Assembly (NCBI GenBank): GCA_052327205.1
Contig: CM126234.1
Location: forward strand, 31,248,001-31,312,000
DNA: 64,000 bases
Reading direction: 5' to 3'
Source of the DNA: Somniosus microcephalus
Taxonomy: Eukaryota
Part shown: positions 50,901 through 62,900 of the stretch, piece by piece
Numbering within the stretch: position 1 is the stretch's first letter
Layout of the letters: each line of letters starts with the position of its first letter
Notes under the pieces: generated by a model
Told to the model about the DNA's origin: nothing
Seen by the model: the letters and a program-made list of their open reading frames with translations, nothing else
Databases searched by the model: none
Made by a program: the position numbers and the translations under genes

Positions 50901-53900
50901 ATCCTGCTGTTAATTACAGCAGCACTCGCATTCCCTCCCCGCTTCTCCTGAAGGCATCGAAGCAGTGTTGGGATAAGGTTACGCGGGTAGCGGGTGCTCT
51001 TGAACACCTAACCCATTACTCGCGTGAGTTTAGACAGATTGTGCCTGCACACTGTCAGACAGTGAATGACATCATGGTTGAACATCGTGAAAGTTAAAAG
51101 TTTAACAGTTGAACTATTTTGGATCTTAAAGCAACAGGGTTGCCTGGAAGTGTCGTAAAAGGAATGCATTGTCAGGCTTTCCAAGATATAAACAGGATGA
51201 CATTGAAGTATCGTGAGGAGAAGCCATTGCTTGTTTTCTGAAATGTGAAGTGCTTGTGTAAGGGAATGAGTGTTAGTAATGACATCACCCATGAATGGTT
51301 AATGTTTAGTTTTGGGGTAATAAACATGGGAAGTAGGTATCCATTAGATACAGGTAACAACTGGTCAAAGATGCTAGAAAATGTTACGTCAGGAAATCTC
51401 GTGTAGGGGAAATGGTTCTGAGGTAACCAATTGCAAACTGTTTTCATAGATAGAGGATTTTGGAAATAGATATGTCAATATGACGTTTTCCTTTGGTGTC
51501 ATTAAAAATATGGGCCTAGAAATTCAGTATAGCCACGTTTGGGGCGCTACAGCATGGCGTTCGCTAACTTCTGCATCCGGCGCAACTTAGCGCCACCTTC
51601 GCCGATATTCAGTTGCATCGCCCCAAGAGGTTGCTGCTGCGCTAAAGCAGGCGATGCACGACTATCATTAGGCGCTAAGCCGGCGGTGCGGGGCGCAAAC
51701 ACCGAAGGCGGGCGCAGCGTAGGTGCGGCGAGGTGCTCATTGAGGGCAGACAGTCAGGTGCCGGTCAGCACTTAAAGGGGGAGGGTGGAATTGCTTGGCT
51801 GCCACACCCTGCACACTGCAGCCCTAAGGCAAGGCCTGAATACTGCTTCTGGAACTGCTCCACGCCCAGGAGAATGGAGAAGGCCAGGGAGAGAGCGCAG
51901 CGCTTCGGCGAGGGTGACCTGAGGCTGCTGGTTGGCGCAGTGGACCGCAGGCGCCATATCCTCTTCCGAGGGTGGCAGGAGGCCGCTGCCCGCCGAATAT
52001 CGGAAAGCATGGAGGGATGTGGCAAACAGGGTCACGTCCAACAGCGTGGTTGGCAGGACACCAACCCAGTGCTGGAAAAAAATTAAACGACCTCACTCGG
52101 GTTGTCAGGGTGAGTACCCTTTCCAGTATCCTCCTCATCCCTGCATGTGCACCTCACTTTATGGCCAAACAGGTCTGAAAGCCCTAATGGCCAGCCCTCA
52201 TCCAGCAGCTATGGGACTGTCATGAAAAGCACTTGCGCAATCAGGACTTTAGACACTGTCAGGGCTATTCGACCATGGGAGGCAGTGCGGGCAAGATCAG
52301 GGCTTGACACTGTACTTAGAGGCGGTCCTCCTTTCTCTTGCAGGCCAAACTGGCGCATAACAGAAGACAGCAGCGACAGACCGGGGGAGGCCGTCCTGAC
52401 CTGAAACAGCTGAGCGACCTTGAGCAGCGAGTGGAGCGGATCATGGCAGGCCGGCTGAGTGGCCCCGTCGCCACTGGAGATGCTGACCCTGTTCTGGGCA
52501 CCAATGGTAAGGTCATCACCTTTTTGACCTCTCCCTTTCCACTTGCACCTCACACCAGCATCCTTTGCCACTATCGAACCAATGCAGTGCACAGCAGCAC
52601 TCATGCCTCCCTCGCTGCCGCCCTGTCCTCATTCTAAAGCAACTCTTGTGCCTCCCTGCTTTCAGATGGTGACTCGCCAGGTGAGGAGGCGGCCCCTCAA
52701 GCTGGCACTGTGTCCGAGTCAGACATAGAGGAGGAGGAAGAGGAAGCCAGCCCATCAGGCACACCCTCAGCCGAGGCAGCCCATGGCCATGATGGTGACA
52801 CGTCTTCCCTGGAGGGGAGCAGGGGGGGGGGGGGAAGGGTCGGAGGATAGTGAAGCTCCGGGGACCAGCGGGCTGCAGCAACGCGGGAGGGGTGGGGAAG
52901 CTCGGCGGCCTTCTCCCCGGAGGGTGAGTGCGGCCTCCAGTCCTGCTACGGTGAGTGCAGAGGAGGTGCGGCTCCTAGCGGAAATGGGCGCCCAAGCTGA
53001 GCGCAGGCACACTGAGCTCATGGCTGCAGTGGCAAGAATGCCCGACTCCATAGAGTCACTGGCAAGGAGTGTGCAGGAATTCAGTGCAGCACAGGCCAGG
53101 AGTCTGCAACAATTCAGTGCAGCACAGGCCAGGAGTCTGCAGGACATCGCGGCAGCACAGGCTAGGAGTCAGTAGGACTTCGCTGCTTCACAGGCGGCTT
53201 CTAGCCAAGTGCTCAGTCGTGCCGTGCATTCACTGGCTGCTGTCATGCAGACAGACCAGGGCCACACGGGCACTAACTGCTGCCACACTCGCTGGATCGG
53301 CCAGGCATCGCCGGGGCACTCGCTGTGCCGCAGCAGCCCAGCAAGTCTGTGCCTCAGCAGATTGCTGCAGTGCTGGCCCATGCGCGTGCCAATGTATCAG
53401 CCGACCAGGGAGTGCCTGTGATCTGTCAGGTTGGCAGCATTCCTGCAGCCAACACTGTCACTCCTCCATTGCAGCTGCCACCAGCTGTTGGCCAGACTGC
53501 TGCCGCCCAAGCAGAGTTGGAGCAGTCAGCAGCCGGCCCCTCCAGTCCCAGAGCTGGTCCAGGCTGACCCCCAAGGGCATCTGCCGCCTCATCATCTGAC
53601 CCTCAGCAGCCTTCCCCCAGCCTTGCTGCAGCCACTGGGGTCCCATTGAGGAGCTGCAGGGCGGGTAGGGGCCAGTCACGGAAGCGAAACAGATCACCCT
53701 CGCAGGGGAAAAAGGAGGTGTGGCCAAATGTTTTGTTTTATTTATAAAAGCCGAGACTGGTGTATTTGTTTCATATATAAAGGCCGAGACTGGTGTATTT
53801 GTTTTACTTGTAAAGGCCGAGACTGGTGTATGTGTGTTTTTGGGGGGGGGGGGGGGGGGGGGGGTTTCCTCTCCATTAGTTTGTCATGTGGGAAGGGCAC

Positions 53901-56900
53901 AGAGGTATCACAGTAAAAATTTTCTTAAATCGCACTGTCCATGCTTTCTTTTGGAAGTCCTGGTTGCCCTGCTCGGCTGAGGGCTTGTGGAGCGGCTACA
54001 TTCATCTTCTGCCATTGGCACAAGCCATTCCGAGAGGGGGCCTAGAACCGACTTGCAATAAGCTGCCGACGGGCGGCCCTTGCACTTTCTGCCTCCCTCC
54101 TGTGCTGGTCCTCCTCCTCTGGTGGTCCTCCAATGTCTGCTGGCAGTGGCGGAGTCCTGCGGATAGCCAGGTTGTGCAGCATGCAGCACACGACAACGAA
54201 ATGGGAGACTCGCTCAGGCGAGTACTGTAGGGCTCCCCCGGAACGATCCAGACAGCGGAACCGTTGCTTCAGCACGCCGATTGTTTGCTCAATGATGTTC
54301 CTGGTTGCTTGATGGCTGTCATTGAATCCCTCTTCAGCAGGGGTGCTGGGCGCACGGAGCGGGGTTATCAGCCAGGTGCACAAAGGATAGCCTTTGTCCC
54401 AGAGATGCCATCCTCGTGGGTGAGGCTGGGCCTCGAACATGTCTGCCACAGAAGTCTGGCGCAGGATGAAGGCATCGTGGCTGCTGCCTGGAAAGCGGGC
54501 ATCGACAGCTAGGATGAGCTGCCTGTGGTCACACACCAACTGCACGTTGAGCGAATGGTAGCCCTTCCGGTTGCGGTAATCCTCGGCATTCTCGAGAGGT
54601 GCCCGCAAAGCCACATGCGTGCAGTCAATGGCGCCCTGCACCATGGGGAAGCCCGCTAATGCTGCAAAGCCCATTGCACGCTCTTGCTGCTCGTCAACGG
54701 TCATGGGGAAGGAGATGAACTGACGTCTCCTTCTGAAAAGGGCATTGGTCACCTGGCGGATGCAGCAATGTACCGCAAACTGGGAGATGTTGGATATGTC
54801 CCCAGTAGCGGATTGGAAGGAGCCGGTGGCATAGAAGTTGAGAGCCACCGTCACCGACGTCCTGCTCCTCAGCTGTGGCTGCAGATCTCCGCGAAGCAGG
54901 TGGCAGATCTCAGTGACCACCACCCTTCTGAATCGCAGCCTCCGAACACACTGCTCCTCAGACATGTTCAGATATGAGAACTGCTGGCGGTATACCCTGG
55001 GTGGGTACTCCTTTGCCGACGCCTGTTGCCCCTTCTCCGTCTGGCCATGACTGGCACTCTCCGACGGCGTCTCTGAGCCCTTTGAATGCAATGGAGAAGC
55101 CCAACGTTTCCACCCATTGCAGCCCCCATTATATGTTTCCAATCAATGCTATGACACTGAAGTTAAAGACAAGTGCAAAGCTGTGGCATGAAGCCACAAG
55201 TACCTGTGCGAGTGTTGAGCCAAACCAGAAAGCTCTCTACCTTTGTCTCTCTCCAAAGATCCGTCTCTCACAAAGAAGGAGTGGTGCAAAATGGCTGCCA
55301 TTTATACTGCAGGAGGAGTCCCCTTTAATTAGCGCCCAGGAACCGTTCCCCTCTACCAGTCGCTAGGGGCGCCAGGCGCACAATAGGCCAGCACCACGGA
55401 ATTTCCGGTTCGGGGCGCACAAAGGGCGTTGCACCATGAAATGACGTCAGGATCTGCGCGCACGCAAAGGTTTTGCGCCGCCGCTAAATCTTAACTGAAG
55501 TTCGCGAGAGGCGCAGATCGCGCTGCGCCCGGGCGCTAGCCGCTTAGCACCCCACGTCTCCTCCTCCTCCTAAGGCGCTAGCGGCTGGCGCAAACAACTG
55601 AATTTCTAGGCCATGGTGTATAAAGGAGCATGGTTTCAACAGTATCTCAGTGTGCTTGAAAGATACAGAAACCGGTAAAATCACACTCGGTGTACAGTTA
55701 ACGGCCGATCACCTTTCTGTGCATCAATAAAGTCTGCTCCGTATACTCCACTACGAAGTCTCATGTTTACTCGAAACGTGTTGTTGTGAACCAGAGAAAG
55801 GAGGTTGCTTAACAGAGCGCAATTCTGTCCTCACCCAGCATCCAAACATGCCATGTTCCCAGTGAGGGAAGTGGTCACCAACGTTCCCGGTCTGGAGGTC
55901 CCGCGCAGGCCGCTCTCCGGCTTTTACATGGAAGAAACCGCGCATGCGCGGAAATTTGAATGGGCCGCGCAGCCAGTTAAAGGGACTGCGCAATCCCCTC
56001 CCAATAGAAAATGCCGACCTGGATTTCTCCCAAAGGTATTGACGCCTTGCTGGGCTATGGTTCTGTGGGGCCAGGTCACCTTCTCATACTTTGCCCAATG
56101 GATCAGTATTCATGTGTGAGCGCTGACAAGGGGTCTTGCGGGCTTTTCAACCACACGGACCATCATGGCCGAGCCCCATCCGTCACCCACACAAGTGCTC
56201 TTCCAGCAGGGCCCGCTGGACAGCAATCCGGAGCGGCAACCCTGGGGGAGTGTCGCTTCCCGAAATTAATGGCGCTACAACCAGTTAATGGCGCCTCCCC
56301 AACACAACTCAGGCTGGGAAGTCATGACGAGAGGCGTTATGGGATTAAACCAACATCCTTCAACTCAGTTACATGGCACGTTGGAGCATCAATATATGCT
56401 ACTTGGCCCGTGGCACGATAATCACGGGTAAAAAAATCTGTCACATCAGCAAATCACGCTCGAGTAAACAGTGGCTACAGGTACAAGATGTAATTGATTG
56501 AAAGCGGTATTGCTATCAACGGAAACCAGGCTTAGAACTAGCGTGCGTTAATAGCAGGAAGTTCTCTGCACTTAGCCAGGCTGGGGAGAGGGATGGGGTG
56601 TTGCAAACCAGCCTCAGCATCCTTGGCAAGGGAAGACAAAATACATCAAACGCAGCCCCCATCCGACAATTCTTGCTAGAAATGTGTGTTAGGGGTGCCA
56701 GACAAGGACTGGTTGTGATGCTCCCTCCCCTCACCGCTTTCCGTGAACTAGTCTGATGATACTCACCGACTACTGCAGATACCAAAAAAAACACACACAC
56801 CCCCTTTTTTTGGTCTTGCATTTCTCCACATATGCTCAAAAGGCACTTCACATTCTATATAGGTTGTCCTGCCCCGTGAAGTTCAAACACAGGCTGTGCC

Positions 56901-59900
56901 AACATGTAGGTGGCACGGTAGAAAAATTAGGGATAAACAGAGTCAAATGGAAACTCTCAATATTTTGGGATCAACTTTGACATTTTATAGAACCCAAGTT
57001 GATGCACTGATGTAGCTAAATTACATCCAGTTACCTGGATACTCAAATGTTTCAATGTCATTCTGTGGCTTACTGAGACTTTAAAGAATCGTCACGTATG
57101 GCACTAACAATAAAAAAATCATTTAAGTTGCTTTCTGACTATGTAAAAACAACCAATGCCAATGTCCTTCCTACCTTATTGTAGGCACACTAAAGGGATC
57201 AAACTTATCCAAATTCTTCACATCCATAGGCACTGAAATGCGTCCTGAAACAGCAATGACGAGCAAAATATAATACTTGCACGCAGAAAACTTTCAAACA
57301 ATGGCAGTGGCACTCAACAGAAATGATGTAGCAACACTACAAAACATTAGTGACAGATCAATTTTTTTAGAGAGACTTCAATATTACGTAAGAATTGGGA
57401 GCAGGAGTGGGCCATACAGCCCCTCGAGCCTGCTCCGTCATTCAATAAGATCATGGCTGATCTTCGACCTCCACTCCACTTTCCTGCCTGATCTCCATAT
57501 CCCTCGATTCCCAGAGTCCAAAAATTGATCGATCTCAGCCTTGAATATACTCAACGACTGAGCATCCACAGCCCTCTGGGGCAGAGAATTCCAAAGATTC
57601 ACCACCCTCTGAGTGAAGAAATTCCTCCTCATCTCAGTCCTAAATGGCCGACCCCTTAGCCTGAGACTGTAACCCCTGGTTCTAGACTCTCCAGCCAGGG
57701 GGAAACAGGAAGCCAGGGAAATATTAAAGAAAGAGGCTGATGGAACAGCTTTAGTACATTGCCATTTCATCTGCAAGGTCAGGGGTTCAAATCTAGTCCG
57801 GACTGGATAAACATTTTCTCTTTTCCAGTTGCAAAGGAACCTTGCAAGATGAATTTGGGATTGCCTCCAACCAAATCTTTGTGCCCATGAGTTGACAGCA
57901 CAAAACAGCCAATAATGGCATAAATCAGCTCAGAGAGGCTACAAGGGTGAATGGTGGCAGTAGCAGGCACTCAAGGTTGGCTCTAAGGCACGTCGGTGAG
58001 GAATAGGAGAAGGAGCTTTATTTAACTCCAGACCTCACCTGTGCTATATCAGGCCTGGGAGCAATGGATACTGGGTGACAAAAGCAGCAAGTGTTTCATT
58101 ATCCAGGGTGGACAACGCTCACTTTTGAACACAAAAGGCTATAAATGGAAAAAGATTAAACACTTTTGCATGGACTTATTCAAAAGCCAAAACAAATATC
58201 TTTGGCTCTAGGTCATGAGATCTATGACAAGTTATCAATCCCCCCCTGTGGAAGGGGGAGGAGGTACCCAAGAAACCAGATGCTTCACCATCGGGAGGAT
58301 TAACAATCCACTTAGTCACCTATCAGCTGCAAAGTAGCACTGGCATGGACCTGGAAATATGTCTCCTGACTACCCATTGACCTAGGATGGTGCAAAGCAC
58401 CATCAACCTTTGAGGGAAGGAAATGAGAGACACACACACACACAATTACCTGTTTTGGGATGGACAGAAAAAGGACTTTTCAGCAGATGGTTGAGACCTT
58501 TACTGACATTCACATCCAGACGCGGATAGCAGTACTGCAGCTTGATCTCTTCTAAATGGTGGGTATTCATATTTTTGGTTAACTGTGGAAAACCATTTGA
58601 TGAATGGCAAGTTCTGCTTCAAAGACAACATAAGCAGCTTGTACGGCGATAACACCAACACACCTCCCCAAGGTTCGCCCCCATTATTTCAATACTAAAA
58701 TTGACACCACCCAATTTTTTTTTTGTTGAACAAAATGGTCAACTCATTTTCGAGATTTAAAATATTCAGATACTCAGTCATGCAACTAACTATCAGCCAT
58801 TTGTGACAAAAAACCCAACATTTTTACTTAGAGCTGTATTAAGCAACATTTAACCAGCCGAGAACATTTATAAATACATTGGACAAACACCAGAGAATAA
58901 ACCCAACACATGACTACAAAGAGTATGAGAGCACACTACATTCCGTACAACCCACCCACCCCCCCCCCCACTCCGCCCCAACTCCTTTCTAAGGTGCCGA
59001 TTCGTACTGGGGTATGGTTACCACGGACTCCAGGTGACTCACCCAGGTGGCCATTCTTTATATGTGAACCGGGGGGGGGGGACATTCATACACACTCCAA
59101 AGTCGTGGTATCAATACAAGGCTCAGAGGTTAATCATAGAACCAATTCCTTGTAACTCACTCGGAATTTCCACGGTCTTCCTCGGTGATGGATTAAAAAT
59201 AAGAGCAATTATCCAACCACAGGATAAAGCCCATTTCAGATCCTGCTCAATCAACTGTAAGTTAATAAAGTTAAAACAATCAAGTTGCAAACAGGAATTC
59301 TCTGGTATGAATGTCATCGTGCATTGACAGCATGGCACGCTCTGGCTGTTAATATCGGTAATTGACAGCTGCGACTGCTTGAATAAAGCAAGCAGGATTA
59401 ATAGAACAGCTCTCCAATAGCTTTGTGGGTAAATGCACCACATGATGTGGGAGTAAGCCGTACAGACCAGATTCAATCGCCAGTTTGTGCCCAGTTGGCT
59501 AATCTCAGTGCTATAGGGGGATGGAGAGAGAAAATATCAATGCAGTGCTCCCCTGTGCAAGGGCATGTGGATGGTTAGGCAAGGACATGATGAGGTCCGT
59601 TGCAATGCACCGCTCAAAAAACCTGCTGACACGCTGTCTTGGCATATACACGAATGCGGATTTGGGTGAGGAACTAGAGGCTTCCAATACTCGTGCAACT
59701 GTACTCTAGCAAGGCAGTGCTTTCGGAGGAAAAAGCGGAAAATATTTCATGATTTGAAGACGCGCGAATTTCGATGCATCAGTTTATGTTGTCATCGGTT
59801 TTCCTCAACTGCATGGTTCTTTGTAATCGCTCTCAGGTATGTTATTGGCTAATCAAGGTTGGATTAGGCGACCACTTACGCTGTGTTGCAACACTTTCCA

Positions 59901-62900
59901 GCGCTCGGCTGAATTCCGCGCTTTGACAAAATCTATTTGCAATCCCTCTCGAAACTGTGCACGGTTGTTAAAGAAGATACCGCCATCGTCTCATGCAAAT
60001 ATCTCAACAGATTTTAACCACAGAAGTGGAAGCTTAAAGAAACAAATCTTACCACTAGACCAACTCTTGCGAGGAACTTAACATTCTGTTCTTTTGCGAT
60101 AGAGAACGGAACAGTTGTGCAATACTAATCTAAGAAGTTGCTGTGTAACATATGCTGGGACAAATTGACCCGGTTATTTACAGCAGGAGTCTTTGTTGCA
60201 CTTTTGCATCATGCATGGTTACACTGCAAAATCTGCTGTAAATACTTATCAGATGATTAGAACAGCAACTATAAAACAGGGGTCCAATTTATAGTAAGCG
60301 GAGTTTTAAAAAATTCAGTTCAGTCTCGGGATGTGGGCGTCGCTGGCAAAGCCAGCATTTGTTGCCCATAGCAGTTTGATACAACCGAGTGGCAGTTAAG
60401 AGTCCACCAAGAACTGGACGAAAGCTGCTTAAACTCTTTCGCCTTTCCTCAATGAAAGGCGCATGGCAGACCTGGCGAGAAGATTCCTCCGATTCTAACC
60501 ATATTAATACTCATATCAAATCTGCTCAATTAATGCTGAAGTTGATAGCACCGGTGGGATCACTGCTCATGGTCACTGGAACGCTGGTCTCCAGACTCAT
60601 TTCGTTCAAAATATTTACCAGACAGAAAAGGCAATCACTCTTCCCATCTGGACTGGATTGAAGAACAGGTCCAGGGCGAGGACAGAAATGTTCAGAGACA
60701 CTGCACCAAGCGATCTGCCGCAGCAATTAAATTCAAACATCAATGCAAAAAAAAAAAAGGAATTTTAAAAAAAGTTAACCATAGATTGACCAAATATTGC
60801 TAATTCCAATGAAAGGATATCATCAGGAGCCAAAGCTAGGACTTTCTGCCAGGTTTCTTTACTGTCAAAGATGTGTTGTTTATTCATGGCATAGTCTTCA
60901 AAATAACTATTTATCACTTTGATAGCTTGCCTACAGGTGGATCAAAAGCAATGGTTAGCAATAGGGCTGACACGGTGAATCGTCACCAACCAATCGTTCC
61001 CACCCCAGATCACCTCTGCATCACACAAGCAGAAAATGACTTGGATCTGGGCTTTTAAAAAGCCAAGACGTCAAATTCAGTGCCCAGCGAAACAAGCATA
61101 ATCAACCGATTTACAATTTCCACAAAAATGCAAACATAATCAAGAGTATGAACCCAATAATACAATCAACACTCAACACTCCCATAACACAAGTCATAAA
61201 AATGCAATTTCACTTATTCAATCACCATAAAATCAACAGCCTGAACATAATACACATTATGCAGCATATCCTCGGACTCACTGAGCAATGCCACAGGAGA
61301 TCTGCTGGTTATTGTAGAATATAAGCTTAACATATGCTCACACTTCGGTTCATCACGCCTTGCAATCACACTCGCAATCAACAGAAAACAATACCAGAGC
61401 CACAATATCTAGTGCCGTGGTTAACCTTCCCACAAAGGTAGGGTTCGGATCCCCAGCCTGGAGTAATTAGCCACTGAACTCACCCAGTGTTTATTCATCA
61501 ATTATACCTTTTAACCGTAAAAATGACACATACTTTTGGACCATGCATTGCGTTTTAGATGGTATAATAATGGTATCATACAACAGCACTAGACGAATGA
61601 GAGGGGATCTGATTGAAACGTATAAAATTCTGACAGGGTTAGACAGACTGGATGCAGGGAGGATGTTTCCCCTGGCTGGGGGGGGTCTAGAACGAGGGGT
61701 CACAGTCTCCGGATACGGGGTAGGACATTTAGGACTGAGGTGAGGAGAATTTCTTCACTCAGAAGGTGGTGAACCTGTGGAATTCTCTACCACAGAAGGC
61801 TGTGGAGGCCAAGTCACTGAATATATTTAAGGAGATAGATAGATTTCTAGACGCAAAAAGCATCAAGGGGTATGGGGAGAGAGCGGGAATATGGTATTGA
61901 GATAGAGGATCAGCCATGATCACATTGAATGGCGGAGCAGGCTCGAAGGGCCGAATGGCCGACTCCTGCTCCGATTTTTCTATATTTCTATCTCCTGCCA
62001 TTACAAGGCAGTGATCCAACTACAGATTGATATTCAGATGCCTTCATAAAGACTTGCATTTCTATAGCACCTTGCTCAACCTCAGCATGCCCAAAGCGCT
62101 TCACAGCCAATGAAGTACTTTTGAAGTGTAGTCACAGCTGCAATGCAAGGAAATTTGTGCACAGTAAGGTCCCACAAATGGCAATGAAATAAATGACCAG
62201 ATAATCTGCTTTAGTGATGTTTGTTGAGGGATAAATGTTGGCCAGGACACTGGGAGAACTCCCCTGCTCCTCTTCAAATAACGCCATCAGATCTTTGACA
62301 GCCACTCGAGAGGACAGGTTCGCATCTCAAAGGCAGTGCAGCCTAGATTATGTGCTCACATTTCTGGAGTGGGGCTTGAACACTCAAGAGGCGAGAGTGC
62401 TAGCAATGAGCCAAAGCTGACACTTAATCCACAAAACGGGACTGGCGCCTTATACCCACACTTGGGTATCGGATATTCTCCACAAAACCATAGATAGAAC
62501 TATTTTCTTACTCTACTGCACTCACTGAATCGAAGGATGAATGGGATGAGACAGATGTACTTTCTTGATTGTATCTGTTCCGCCCTGTAAAAGAGCCGCC
62601 AACATGTAACATTACAAACTGATGGCAGAATGGTCACATGCTGTGCTTTCTGTAAAAGGGAAATCAATCTCACGGCTTACACGATACGTACCTTAACCAC
62701 ACTCAGGTACTCTGCAACAGCGGACCGAGCTGCCGGGGAGAGATTCCGTGCAGTTTCATCACAGACCCAGCAATGGACCCCTCTTCGGCCAGAATATACC
62801 CAGAGTCGATGCTGAAACCCAAAGTCCTCTGTGATGTGAACACAGGAAACCTGTATTAGATCAAATGTTTGACTTGTCCACGGGCACCTGCGACACTGAA

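Larger units (their letters stand above)
51513..55612. mobile_element. Full-length PIF/Harbinger DNA transposon (4100 bp), decaying, in PRIM1 intron 10
   Basis: Perfect 16-bp TIRs GGCCTAGAAATTCAGT (51513-51528 / 55597-55612), flanking ATG duplication, convergent transposase and Myb/SANT genes. Confidence 0.93.

Noticed and set aside
54042-55142. Domesticated host gene HARBI1
   Set aside because: Enclosed by TIRs and a TSD with a partner Myb gene, and carries a frameshift and substitutions; it is a transposon copy
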